Below, one piece after another: positions 1-9,675 of a stretch of 64,000 bases of DNA. The DNA comes from a virus. Taxonomy: Duplodnaviria > Heunggongvirae > Uroviricota > Caudoviricetes. The first letter of the stretch is position 1. Each line of letters opens with the position of its first letter. Location: positions 17,331 through 81,330 of the IMG/VR virus record IMGVR_UViG_3300026382_000013. One strand, given 5' to 3'. Made by a program: the position numbers and the translations under genes. The notes below the pieces were generated by a model, which was not told where the DNA came from, did not search any database, and saw nothing but the letters and a program-made list of their open reading frames with translations.

Positions 1-192
1 AATGAGCAATACCAAGATGAAAGACATGAATATGCTATGAGCACTGACTGGGACTATTGTTTAGATTACATAGGACTTACACCAGAGTCTACTCTATTAG
101 AACTTAACAAAGCTTACAATATATGTAAATCATATGGTTGGGAGCCAACTATTACTGAACTTATTAATTCAGCAGGTATAGGAATATGTTAA
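1..192 (+). CDS. hypothetical protein, 3' fragment (5' part lies outside the window)
   Basis: Open frame from the window edge to TAA at 190-192. Reads as ordinary protein sequence (...GWEPTITELINSAGIGIC*). Confidence 0.4.
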   Translation, partial: NEQYQDERHEYAMSTDWDYCLDYIGLTPESTLLELNKAYNICKSYGWEPTITELINSAGIGIC

Positions 193-270
193 TGTTATTA
201 CACATAATACCTTTTTCACTGATTTAGGTAAATAATTGGTATTTACAATATAAAAACAAGAGAGGAAACA

Positions 271-759
271 ATGACTGAAAAACAATTAATTAAAGAGTTT
301 GAACGTTGGGTAAAAGCAGGAAGACCTAAGATGTGGTATAAAAGAAGTAATGGTAGCTGGGGTTATGTAAGTGGAATACCATCATGGAACAATAAAGACA
401 TCTATATAGTTGATGATGACCATACAGAGCTTAGAAAGCTTCAGATTGACGAACCAGATGCTAAATTTCAGTACTATAATGAAATAGCAAAAGAATGGCA
501 GACTATACAAGATCTTAATTGGGATTTTAATCCAGATGTAAAATACAGATTAAAACCTACTGAATGGTATGAAGATCCAGATATGGTAGGTAAGCCTGTA
601 TGGGTTAGAGATTATAATAATGAAGAATGGGATATAGATATATTAGTGAACTATGCAGATGAAAAAAAATCTCCATTTCGTTGTAAAAGCTGTAGCTGGA
701 CATACGCAAAACCAGTTAAACCTGAAGATTTATATCAAGGAGACAAAGATGGCAAATAG
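271..759 (+). CDS. hypothetical protein (162 aa)
   Basis: ORF with SD-like agagagga 5-6 nt upstream of the ATG. Trp/Tyr-rich, no recognisable motif. Confidence 0.6.
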   Translation: MTEKQLIKEFERWVKAGRPKMWYKRSNGSWGYVSGIPSWNNKDIYIVDDDHTELRKLQIDEPDAKFQYYNEIAKEWQTIQDLNWDFNPDVKYRLKPTEWYEDPDMVGKPVWVRDYNNEEWDIDILVNYADEKKSPFRCKSCSWTYAKPVKPEDLYQGDKDGK

Positions 760-952
760 TATTAATAGGGATGAGATAAGAAAAACTATCTTAAATTATG
801 AAGATAGAAGCCCAAAAGATATTAGACAATATTCTTTTATTGATGTTATGGAAATTGTTGAGAATACATTAATAAATTTGGGTTACTATAAAGATGTTAA
901 TTATCGAAATCTAGATGATATGAAAAGAAGTAATGTTACATGGAAACATTAA
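749..952 (+). CDS. hypothetical protein (67 aa)
   Basis: Internal ATG at 749 preceded by aaggagacaaag. The longer 653 start would overlap the previous gene by ~100 nt. Confidence 0.45.
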   Translation: MANSINRDEIRKTILNYEDRSPKDIRQYSFIDVMEIVENTLINLGYYKDVNYRNLDDMKRSNVTWKH

Positions 953-1033
953 AGGAATGTAAGATGAATTCCACAGATTTAAAATTAAGTATAACAATTA
1001 CGATTTTATCAATAGCAGAATATATAAGCTTAT

Positions 1034-1219
1034 ATGCAGGCTAAGGAGACAAAAATGAACAGGTTTAACGAATATGAACAACAGATTTTAGTAGCACTTC
1101 TGTTTGGGTTAGCAATAGGCGGTGTAGCAGCATCTGCTATATGGGATAACAAATGTGCTCACTATGAACAAGCTATAGAAGAGCATAATATAAAATTAAA
1201 TATTTTAAAAAGAAAATAA
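1034..1219 (+). CDS. small membrane protein (61 aa, one TM)
   Basis: aaggagacaaaaATG. Hydrophobic stretch ILVALLFGLAIGGVAASAIW. Confidence 0.5.
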   Translation: MQAKETKMNRFNEYEQQILVALLFGLAIGGVAASAIWDNKCAHYEQAIEEHNIKLNILKRK

Positions 1220-1220
1220 A

Positions 1221-1541
1221 ATGCTAAAAAAACAATTTAAAAAATATTTAGAAGATGATAGATTATGGCTAGGTGATTATTCAGACCATGGTAAATATTA
1301 TGGGATAGATTATTATCCTGATGATATTGAACTAAAACCATTAAAAGATGAAGTAACTGAATTTTTTAAAAAGTCATTTCCAGATTTTTGTATAGTTAAA
1401 TTTTGTAATTTTGTTAAAAATAAAAATACGATAAGATTTATTGTTGATTATGATTGTAAATGTGAAGGTTTTTTTGAAGGTGTAACATATTATAGCATAC
1501 AAGATATCTATAATGAATTAAATAAAAAGGAGTTTAAATGA
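1221..1541 (+). CDS. hypothetical protein (106 aa)
   Basis: ORF tightly packed with its neighbours; stop overlaps the next start. Confidence 0.5.
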   Translation: MLKKQFKKYLEDDRLWLGDYSDHGKYYGIDYYPDDIELKPLKDEVTEFFKKSFPDFCIVKFCNFVKNKNTIRFIVDYDCKCEGFFEGVTYYSIQDIYNELNKKEFK

Positions 1542-2404
1542 ATGTAAAAATAGCAGGTATTACATATAAGAAACCAGAAGTTTGGTTACTACAAGAAACA
1601 GGTATAGGTACTTGTGAATTAGCCGCTAGAACTGCTTATGACAGTTTTACAAATAGTGAACATAAAGTTATTGCAGAGGATTTTAATAATAAGATTTTTA
1701 ATACTGAAAGTATTAATCAACTTAATAATATTGAATCTAGTAGTTTACTCGATGATCTCACTTGGACTTACTTTCACCATAGTGTGTTAGAACATGCAAA
1801 TCTAACATACCTAATTAAAGGTACTTCAAGAGGGGTACTACAAGAACATGCAAGACACCGTATCCAAGGTATTACTGTTAGAAGTACTCGCTATACTATG
1901 AATCCTGTTATAAATGCATTTATTGCTGAAATGTTGAATAACATTTCAAATACTAATCCATCTGATTGGTTTTATGAGAAATTATTAGAGTTAGATATAT
2001 TTGTTACTACTAATGAAGAGTACAACAGAATTCAAATTGATGATATTTGGAAGAAGTTAAAAAATCAGTATAGTACTTTAGGTAAAGAAACATTCTTAGA
2101 TATTGCTACAACTAAAGATAGTAGAATGTCAATTGGTAATAGACCTAGCAGAGAAACAATTTTTTCAATCCTCCAAGATGGTAAGAAAAAGAGAAATGTT
2201 GGTGATGCATTTAAGCACATAGTTAATGACAACTGGAAAGTTGATATGATTGTTACTATGAATTTACGAGCATACAAGAACTACCTTAAACTACGAAATA
2301 ATGGTGCTGCATGGGTTCAAATTCAATGGTTAGCTGAAGCTATGATGCATGCTACCCCTAGTAAATATCTTAAACTAATATCTAAAAAACATAAGGATAA
2401 CTGA
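1538..2404 (+). CDS. thyX: flavin-dependent thymidylate synthase ThyX
   Basis: ThyX signature RHRx7S present as RHRIQGITVRS, plus HHSVLEHANLTY (HxSVxEH). Confidence 0.8.
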   Translation: MNVKIAGITYKKPEVWLLQETGIGTCELAARTAYDSFTNSEHKVIAEDFNNKIFNTESINQLNNIESSSLLDDLTWTYFHHSVLEHANLTYLIKGTSRGVLQEHARHRIQGITVRSTRYTMNPVINAFIAEMLNNISNTNPSDWFYEKLLELDIFVTTNEEYNRIQIDDIWKKLKNQYSTLGKETFLDIATTKDSRMSIGNRPSRETIFSILQDGKKKRNVGDAFKHIVNDNWKVDMIVTMNLRAYKNYLKLRNNGAAWVQIQWLAEAMMHATPSKYLKLISKKHKDN

Positions 2405-2847
2405 TGAAACTTACAGAAAAACAAAAAGAACTTATTACACATCTTTTTGAGGGTGGTGAAATTGAGTACAGCCAAGCTATTGGGTATAAATTAGATTGTA
2501 TTGGATTAAAAAATGCTACTAATATAACACTTGATGTAACACCAACAACACTATTAAATACTTGTACAATCTATATACATCCGCTACAAAAACGTATTAA
2601 CGAATTAGAAGCAGAACTTGCTAAATTTAAAAATACATCAATTGTAGTTAAACATGATCCACATAAAGAGCATACTCATCTTACAACAGCAGAAGTTAGA
2701 GAGATAGAAGAAGTCTTAACTACAGCTAAAGTAATAGATAAAGAACTCATTATGTCTACATATAATATATCTGTAACAACAATGAATCGTATTATTAAAG
2801 GTACACACTCTAAATCCTCATTAGGTTTTAAGTTCCCTACTAAGTAG
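2404..2847 (+). CDS. hypothetical protein (147 aa)
   Basis: ORF with start overlapping the ThyX stop (ATGA). Confidence 0.5.
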   Translation: MKLTEKQKELITHLFEGGEIEYSQAIGYKLDCIGLKNATNITLDVTPTTLLNTCTIYIHPLQKRINELEAELAKFKNTSIVVKHDPHKEHTHLTTAEVREIEEVLTTAKVIDKELIMSTYNISVTTMNRIIKGTHSKSSLGFKFPTK

Positions 2848-3097
2848 GCTGATTACTATAGTATTAACGTAATTGTAAGACAGTAAAATACTAATCATAA
2901 CGTAACTTTATGGCTCTCCTACACACAAATAGACAATACGAAGCGTTTAGTAAACCCTAGATGGTTGAATATCGTATATGTATAAAACCATCGGAATTCG
3001 TTTAGGACGTTACGCAAAGCACTCGTATAAGAGGAGACTAGCTAATATCCGTAAATTATAATAGTTTTTGGTCTATTATACAACATATAACTCCTTA

Positions 3098-3129
3098 GCT
3101 CATCAGTATTTGCCGATATACTGATGAGC
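3098..3129 (+). terminator. perfect 12-bp stem hairpin (gctcatcagtat / atactgatgagc, 8-nt loop) followed by ATTTCT
   Basis: Inverted repeat read directly from the sequence, 11 nt upstream of tRNA-Met. Could be a terminator or an RNA processing element. Confidence 0.4.
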
Positions 3130-3140
3130 ATTTCTAACTT

Positions 3141-3217
3141 GGGCTGGTAACTCAGCGGTTAGAGTCCTCCGCTCATAACGGAGTGGTCGTTAGGTTCAAA
3201 TCCTACTCAGCCCACCA
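3141..3217 (+). tRNA. tRNA-Met (anticodon CAT; could also be an elongator or lysidine-Ile type), CCA encoded
   Basis: Cloverleaf folded by hand. Acceptor GGGCTGG/TCAGCCC; D-stem ACTC/GAGT; anticodon stem CTCCG/CGGAG with loop CTCATAA; T-loop TTCAAAT; 3' ACCA. Confidence 0.8.
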
Positions 3218-3241
3218 TATAATTTATTTTAAAGGAACTAA

Positions 3242-3640
3242 ATGATACTAGCAAAAGATTTTGCATACCTATATAATGTGTCAATGTCTAACATATATGT
3301 AGCTAAACATACTAATCATGAATTTGTATATAAACAAGGCTCTAAACTGTACGTAGACACTAAACCATTACTAGCTAGACGTAAGCATAGAGATACTGTA
3401 ATTAAAGCCTCACAAGACAATTATGGACTTATTACTTCACATATTAAAGAATACGAATTAGCTAGATTACTTAATAAAGCTTACCCAGATACGTCTTTAA
3501 CTGCATGGAATACATACATGAGAACTTTTGTATTTAGAGTAAAAGAACGAGATTCTACATTAACATACAAAGTACCTAAACAACTATGGAAATTCTATAG
3601 ATTTACAACACATTACATCAAAGAACAAGGATACACTTAA
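3242..3640 (+). CDS. hypothetical protein (132 aa, basic)
   Basis: aaaggaactaaATG. ORF immediately after the tRNA. Confidence 0.5.
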   Translation: MILAKDFAYLYNVSMSNIYVAKHTNHEFVYKQGSKLYVDTKPLLARRKHRDTVIKASQDNYGLITSHIKEYELARLLNKAYPDTSLTAWNTYMRTFVFRVKERDSTLTYKVPKQLWKFYRFTTHYIKEQGYT

Positions 3641-3834
3641 TGGAAGAACTTTTACATAAATGCAGTATATTACCACTACATAAATTACCAGAATTAAAAT
3701 TATCTATTATGTCTTCTAATGGGGACATAAAAATCAAAGAGCAGTTACTTAATGTAATAGATGCAAGATTAACTGTATCTGGGGCATTAAAAGATGCTAT
3801 AGTAGAAACAGCTGAATTTGAATTGGAGAATTAA
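3640..3834 (+). CDS. hypothetical protein (64 aa)
   Basis: ORF with overlapped ATGA start. Confidence 0.45.
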   Translation: MEELLHKCSILPLHKLPELKLSIMSSNGDIKIKEQLLNVIDARLTVSGALKDAIVETAEFELEN

Positions 3835-4161
3835 ATGCAATGGATTCAAGATAATAAGGAATACCTAAAGTAAGGCTTAGAGGTTCTTAAAGAAACTAGA
3901 TATCCTTCTAAAGCCTTTTACATAGTTATACCATCACCACAAACAGCTAATGATTTAAATGCGTTTTTAGACGTTTACCTTTTTAAACCTGCTATAGGAG
4001 GTGAGCCTACAAAAAATTATAGCTTTTTACATAACTTTAATTATACAGACGTTACGGAAGAAGATTATCAATACTGCCCAACTTCTATTGTAAACAAAGC
4101 TAAAAAACTTAAAAAAGAAGCCACAGCAAATAGTACTCTACCTATACTAGCATCAAATGAT
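3835..4161 (+). other. coding-like open frame continuous with 4162-4656, starting at an SD+ATG at 3835 but broken by an in-frame TAA at 3871-3873
   Basis: ggagaattaaATG at 3835. 12 codons, TAA, then 96 stop-free codons in the same frame running into the 4162 ATG. No ATG/GTG/TTG in that stretch. Confidence 0.5.
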
Positions 4162-4656
4162 ATGGCATTAAAAGCAGTAGAAGCTTATTGTAAAGCTAAT
4201 AAGATACCTTCTGAAGATGCATTTAGGATGCTTACTAAATTTACAGAAATATACTCTAATATGGAGTACGGGGCTAAATATGCTGATATGTTTAACAGCA
4301 TAATTAAAAAGCCTTCGGATAAACTTTTAAAATTATTAGTAAAAATTTCTACTGGTATACGAAAAAAATCTACAAGTGATATGTATAATGCATGGGGAAC
4401 TTGTAAGGTATCCCCATATGAAACTATTGTAAATTACAATAATAATAGACTTTCAGTATCTTTAATAAATTTACCTAAAAAACGTAAATTACATATTGGA
4501 CACTTAAAAGGATTAGTGTGGGTGTACTTAGCTAAAGATGATAAGTATAAACCATACTGTTTACACTACTTAAAAAGTAATGACACAACTAAAATACAAA
4601 CTGAACTATTAGAGCTTCAACAAAATATTACACAATTACTAAAGGAATTAAAATGA
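4162..4656 (+). CDS. hypothetical protein (164 aa as called; possibly the C-terminal part of a 273-aa product)
   Basis: ORF track entry; see the 3835-4161 entry. Confidence 0.6.
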   Translation: MALKAVEAYCKANKIPSEDAFRMLTKFTEIYSNMEYGAKYADMFNSIIKKPSDKLLKLLVKISTGIRKKSTSDMYNAWGTCKVSPYETIVNYNNNRLSVSLINLPKKRKLHIGHLKGLVWVYLAKDDKYKPYCLHYLKSNDTTKIQTELLELQQNITQLLKELK

Positions 4657-5831
4657 CAGAAAAAGAAATCTACGTTATAAAAAATAACATTTCACAGCAA
4701 CTTAAATCTAAAGAAGTAGCTCCACTTATTATCGCAGGTAAACCAGGTACAGCTAAATCATCTACTATTAAATTACTTGCTAAAGAGTTAGATATGCATT
4801 TATTAGATGTATCATGTCCAACACTAACTATCGAGTATTTATCTGGGCTACCTGAAGAGTACCGTACACCAGAATTTGATAAATTTAATGTAATGAATGT
4901 AGATACTTTCTCTACTAAATGGTCTGTACCTGAACTTATAGCTAATGCTAATACATTATCAGAAACAAAACCTACTATCCTACTATTAGACGACTTTCAT
5001 ATGGTGCAACCTCACTTACAAGCATACTTCTTTAAATTACTTTTAGAACGTATGATTGGTAATTATAAATTAGCTGACAATGTTGTTATCATAGGTACTA
5101 TGAATGATTCTGAAGAAGCTGGTATGAATCAAATTAATTCAGCAGTACGTAACAGACTTGCTATTTTACCTATTGAATTTAATTTTGAGCATTGGTTTGA
5201 AGGCTATGGTAAATTCCTTCATTATCTAGTAGCATCATTTCTTAAAACTAAAGAATCTTATATTTCTGAAGATGAGTCTACAGGTATTGAAGGTTACGCT
5301 ACAGCTAGAGCTTGGAGTGCTATTGCAGCAGAACTTAAAGGAATTCCATATGAGTTATTACCAACATACGCTCCTATGATTGTTAAAACTCAAGTAGGCA
5401 AAGAAGCAGCAGAAGCATTTACTAAACATTTACTATATATCAATGCTGTAGATTTTAAAGCAATAGTAGAATCTAAAACTATCATTAACATTTCTAAGTT
5501 AGATCCACTAGAAGCAGTTATACATAGTTACATCCCAAATTTTATTAACACTGTAAGTGATGGTATCTTCTTTTTAAATCTATTAGATGCGAACCATAAA
5601 GAGGAAGCATTTATTGGATTTACTATAGCAGAAATATACAATAAATATATTTCAGAAACTAGTGAGGAGTTGACAGATGGATTAAATTTTATAATTAATA
5701 CTATAGTACAGAAACCTTTTTCTAAAGATAACTATGATACTATTACGCCTAAGGAAGTTAAAGCGATTAAAGAGCTTAAACTCAAACATCAAGATGTAAT
5801 TATGAGTATTGCATCAACATACTTAATATAA
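4653..5831 (+). CDS. AAA+ ATPase, MoxR/CobS-like
   Basis: Walker A GKPGTAKS, Walker B LLLDDFH, sensor-like VVIIGTMND. Paired with the vWA gene downstream. Confidence 0.7.
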   Translation: MTEKEIYVIKNNISQQLKSKEVAPLIIAGKPGTAKSSTIKLLAKELDMHLLDVSCPTLTIEYLSGLPEEYRTPEFDKFNVMNVDTFSTKWSVPELIANANTLSETKPTILLLDDFHMVQPHLQAYFFKLLLERMIGNYKLADNVVIIGTMNDSEEAGMNQINSAVRNRLAILPIEFNFEHWFEGYGKFLHYLVASFLKTKESYISEDESTGIEGYATARAWSAIAAELKGIPYELLPTYAPMIVKTQVGKEAAEAFTKHLLYINAVDFKAIVESKTIINISKLDPLEAVIHSYIPNFINTVSDGIFFLNLLDANHKEEAFIGFTIAEIYNKYISETSEELTDGLNFIINTIVQKPFSKDNYDTITPKEVKAIKELKLKHQDVIMSIASTYLI

Positions 5832-5841
5832 AGGACATATT

Positions 5842-7227
5842 ATGAATAAAAAAGAATTCCTATACGACACTAAACGTCTAGTATACAAAGAAGCTATTAA
5901 AGGCTTAAACCAATCGTTAGGACAATCTAAAACAGCACAAGCATCATTAGGTATGTTAGTTAATGTACCATTAGAGATTGAACTACGTAAAGTAGAGACA
6001 CTACCTAAAATTACTAAAAAGTTTAAATCTCTTGCTAGAAATGCACATATGTATTTAAAGCATGATGAAGGGACTATTGTTTTATCATTCTTCTACACAA
6101 CGGATAGAGAACTACCAAAACTTTATAAGTCTATTGAAAAAAATACACACTACTTTACATACTTATACTTTAGAGAGTTACTTATGTTATCTCGTGGGTA
6201 TAACACGTACGCTTTTTACAAAAAAGCTAAAGCAGTAATTCAGGCTAATTCGTCAATCCCTGTAGAACAATGTCAAGCTGTTATGAATATTGCTTGTTAC
6301 ATCTCTATAACTAACTTCATCTCAGATGTTTATAGTTTAGTTGGGAAATCTAGTGAATTTGAAAAAATCTCTAAATATGAAGCTTATGATTCTTCGTATA
6401 AAAACAAAGATGTCTTTAAAATTTTAAAAGCTATCTTACCTGGTATTACAACTGACTCTTTTGAGGAATTTCACACATGTGAATCAGAATTTGGTGCTAC
6501 AGCTTTTTCAGATAATAAATTAGTTAATGATGAATACGATGCTATCATTACTGATCTAGGAGAATCTGTAGAAACTACTTTCAAATCAACATCTAAAGGT
6601 TCAGCTACAGCTAGTATTTTTGGTACTGAATTTGAAGCTAACACAAAACTTAAAACTGGATGGTTCAAGAAACTAAAGAAAACTTTACAACGTATTGTTT
6701 ACTATCGTACTAATGACTTTGAGTCAACTTGGGGAAGCCTAAATTCAACATACAGACATAAGTTTAAATCTCCTAAAGCACAATACAAATCTACTGAATT
6801 AGAACTTGTATTATCTATTGACCATTCAGGATCTATGGAAATGGAAGAATTAGCACGTATTGCTGGTGTAATTAAAAAACATGGTAAATCTATTGCTAAC
6901 TTAACTATTTTAATCCATGATACTGAAATTACTAAGATATTTACACTTAAACCTTCTGAAATAGATCTTGAAGGTGATGCATTTAAAAAAGCCTTACTAA
7001 CAAGATACAATGCTGGAGGTACATCTCACTATCATGTGTTTAAATGGTTAGTTGAGAATACTACTGATATGTCTAAGCTTTTATATTTATCATACTCAGA
7101 TAATTGTTCAGACATCCCAGAATCTTATGCTAAATTTCCAACATTACGTGATGCCAATATGGTATTCGTTTCAACTATAGACAATCCAGTAAATATCACT
7201 GGAACTACAGACATTACTTTAGAGTAA
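5842..7227 (+). CDS. von Willebrand factor A domain protein (CobT-like partner of the AAA+ ATPase)
   Basis: MIDAS motif DHSGSM (DxSxS) at aa ~317. Gene order AAA+ then vWA. Confidence 0.65.
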   Translation: MNKKEFLYDTKRLVYKEAIKGLNQSLGQSKTAQASLGMLVNVPLEIELRKVETLPKITKKFKSLARNAHMYLKHDEGTIVLSFFYTTDRELPKLYKSIEKNTHYFTYLYFRELLMLSRGYNTYAFYKKAKAVIQANSSIPVEQCQAVMNIACYISITNFISDVYSLVGKSSEFEKISKYEAYDSSYKNKDVFKILKAILPGITTDSFEEFHTCESEFGATAFSDNKLVNDEYDAIITDLGESVETTFKSTSKGSATASIFGTEFEANTKLKTGWFKKLKKTLQRIVYYRTNDFESTWGSLNSTYRHKFKSPKAQYKSTELELVLSIDHSGSMEMEELARIAGVIKKHGKSIANLTILIHDTEITKIFTLKPSEIDLEGDAFKKALLTRYNAGGTSHYHVFKWLVENTTDMSKLLYLSYSDNCSDIPESYAKFPTLRDANMVFVSTIDNPVNITGTTDITLE

Positions 7228-7273
7228 TGCATACCTCACTTTATGTGGGGTAACCCTATTTATAAGGCCTTAC

Positions 7274-7990
7274 ATGGATGAATTTCAATATAAACTAGAA
7301 CTAATAAAAGTAGAATCTCAAAAACTTACAATAAAAAGTATAGAAGATACTATACGAAATACATGTAGATCAGGATCTTACACTTTACCACAAAAATTAG
7401 ACATTAAGTCAGAACTTTATAAATTAAGTATACTCTTGAGATACTATAAACTATTCAATAAAAGATCTGCTAAATCCTTACCTCAACACATAGAAGATCA
7501 TATTATAGGAAGAACAGCATTAGTATTTAATAACACATTTTCTCATAGTATCTATGAACCACTACAAATAACTAAAAAAGAATTTGATGAATTTTTTAAA
7601 TACGCTAATATAATTCAAGTACAGTTAGAAGCAGTGGTAGTTGCTAATTATTCTAGACTAGTTGGAAAAGCTACTAAATTTCTTGATATCATAAATTATA
7701 GTTCTCTCAGCATTAAAACAAAATTTTACTACACTACACCTATAACTATAAAAGGAGAGATACGTAAAATTTCCTCTACATACGCTCTAAATAGTACCTG
7801 TGACCCCATCTCAAATATATCAGCTAAAGCAGTAGAACTTTCTATATATGCTTCTAAACTAAAGCCTACAGAATGTTATTATATAAAGCATCTACTACAG
7901 AATGATATAGGTATTACTAAAATTGATACTTATCAAAATGAGCTAGCTGCTGGTATTAGATATCTAAAAAGGCTACGAAATGCTAACTAA
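7274..7990 (+). CDS. hypothetical protein (238 aa)
   Basis: ORF preceded by a small hairpin (acctcac ttt at gtggggt) at 7238-7256. Confidence 0.5.
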   Translation: MDEFQYKLELIKVESQKLTIKSIEDTIRNTCRSGSYTLPQKLDIKSELYKLSILLRYYKLFNKRSAKSLPQHIEDHIIGRTALVFNNTFSHSIYEPLQITKKEFDEFFKYANIIQVQLEAVVVANYSRLVGKATKFLDIINYSSLSIKTKFYYTTPITIKGEIRKISSTYALNSTCDPISNISAKAVELSIYASKLKPTECYYIKHLLQNDIGITKIDTYQNELAAGIRYLKRLRNAN

Positions 7991-9413
7991 GTCTTATGCA
8001 ATATACGATATAGAGTCACATCTTATTAATGAGTGGGGAGCATACCACACTCAATATATATTCTGTATAGCTGTTAAACGTGTCATAGCTGGTGTAGAAG
8101 AGCCAACAAAAATTTATACACCTAATGCTATTCTAGATGCTGATGGAGACTTTAAACAAGCCTTAGAAGCTATTAATTCATGTGACTATAGAGTTGGCCA
8201 TAACATTACAAGATATGATGATATAGCGATGGAAGAATTAGGTGCTGTATTCACAAATAAACCATTTGATACTTTATTGTACACTCAAGTTATGTACACT
8301 AAAGACCAATTAATGTCTATGGATTATGGTATTGAAAACTTCCCTAAAGACTTATATGGTAACTTCTCACTTAAAGCCTTTGGGTACCGTCTAGGACAAG
8401 AACAAAAACTAGAATTTGAGCAATTTGATAAACTTACAACTGATATGCTGGTATACTGTAAACGTGATGTAGATGTCACGTATAATTTGTTTAAACATAT
8501 TATTAATTCTGATAGGTTACCAAATGCCTATTTAATGCAATTAGAGCACGATACATCTACAATAATATCAATGTTAGAACGTGATGGTTTTTATATGGAT
8601 AAGGATAAAGCTCGTAAACTATCTTTAAAAATGACATTAGAAATGCAAGCTATTCAAAATATGTTAGCTAAAGTATTTAAACCAATGTACTTACCAGAAG
8701 GTAAGCCACAAAAGACTAATAATACTATTAAACGTAAGCTATACATACCAAACACTGCTTATAAAGATTTATGGTACTTAAATTCATATTTCCACTTTAA
8801 GCCATATGGTAAGCCTCTGCGTAAATACAAATCTGGTAAAATAAGACATTTTGGTAAAAGAGCTTTTAAATGGTTTACCACACCTCATACAACAGTTATA
8901 ACAACTAAAGATGGTGAGTTTCAAAACATTAAGCTTACTAAATTTAAAGCTACTGATAAACAAATTATATGGTGGTTTAAAAACCTTTATAACTATACAT
9001 TTACAACCTATACTACAAAAGGTAATATACGTGTAGACAGAGATGTATTAAAAACATTTGATGAGTACTTAAAAACTAATAGAAACTCAATTACTAGATT
9101 TGCTAATTATACTAATGAAGAATTCTCAACAGAACTTGAAGCTATATCTAAACTTATGCGATTCCTTAAACTTAAAAAAGATTTATCACAATTATCTGGT
9201 ACTGATAAATCTCTATTATCAGTTCAAAGATTAGATGGTACTATCACTACCCGTATTAATCAAAATGGTACTGTTACAGGTCGAGTTACATCATCTTCTG
9301 TAAATATGAACCAAATACCTTCATCACAAGAATTTAGAGAATTATTTACAGCACCTATTATGTATACAATACCTGATAAATTATATTATGAGTTAATGGA
9401 AACACTATGTTAG
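7980..9413 (+). CDS. family-A DNA polymerase, N-terminal fragment (3'-5' exonuclease domain through the O-helix region)
   Basis: Exo I YDIES, Exo II VGHNITRYDD, Exo III YCKRD, and TGRVTSSSVNMNQIP (TGRLSSxxPNLQNIP). The frame ends just before motif A. Confidence 0.8.
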   Translation: MLTKSYAIYDIESHLINEWGAYHTQYIFCIAVKRVIAGVEEPTKIYTPNAILDADGDFKQALEAINSCDYRVGHNITRYDDIAMEELGAVFTNKPFDTLLYTQVMYTKDQLMSMDYGIENFPKDLYGNFSLKAFGYRLGQEQKLEFEQFDKLTTDMLVYCKRDVDVTYNLFKHIINSDRLPNAYLMQLEHDTSTIISMLERDGFYMDKDKARKLSLKMTLEMQAIQNMLAKVFKPMYLPEGKPQKTNNTIKRKLYIPNTAYKDLWYLNSYFHFKPYGKPLRKYKSGKIRHFGKRAFKWFTTPHTTVITTKDGEFQNIKLTKFKATDKQIIWWFKNLYNYTFTTYTTKGNIRVDRDVLKTFDEYLKTNRNSITRFANYTNEEFSTELEAISKLMRFLKLKKDLSQLSGTDKSLLSVQRLDGTITTRINQNGTVTGRVTSSSVNMNQIPSSQEFRELFTAPIMYTIPDKLYYELMETLC

Positions 9414-9667
9414 TAGATTTTAAAACTAAAGAAGACCTAATACAAGAATTTGGTATGCATGGATCAATGTACATAAAAACAAAGATAAAAACATTAGAAG
9501 ACATGCAAAGAATATTAGGTAAACGCATAAATGTAGTAGTACATAAAGATAAATACCATAAAGATGTATACATAGTACATGATTGGTACGAATATTCTTT
9601 AGATACTTTAGAAGAGCATTCAAAGCAAGAGGTATTTAATTATGCTTTTAAACATAAACTACTATAA
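9407..9667 (+). CDS. small paralog family member (86 aa, ends ...NYAFKHKLL)
   Basis: ORF inside the polymerase-interrupting element. C-terminus and 30-bp downstream sequence conserved with the 9676 ORF. Confidence 0.4.
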   Translation: MLVDFKTKEDLIQEFGMHGSMYIKTKIKTLEDMQRILGKRINVVVHKDKYHKDVYIVHDWYEYSLDTLEEHSKQEVFNYAFKHKLL

Positions 9668-9675
9668 GGATTGCT

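Noticed and set aside
653-748. Longer start at 653 for the 749-952 gene
   Set aside because: It would overlap the preceding gene by over 100 nt. The ATG at 749 has an aaggaga SD and begins the plausible protein.
3835-4656. Genome-wide stop-codon reassignment (TAA read as sense)
   Set aside because: Most other genes in the window end cleanly at TAA, TAG or TGA with tight packing. Only this locus shows an in-frame TAA, so a local event (mutation, error or readthrough) is more likely than recoding.
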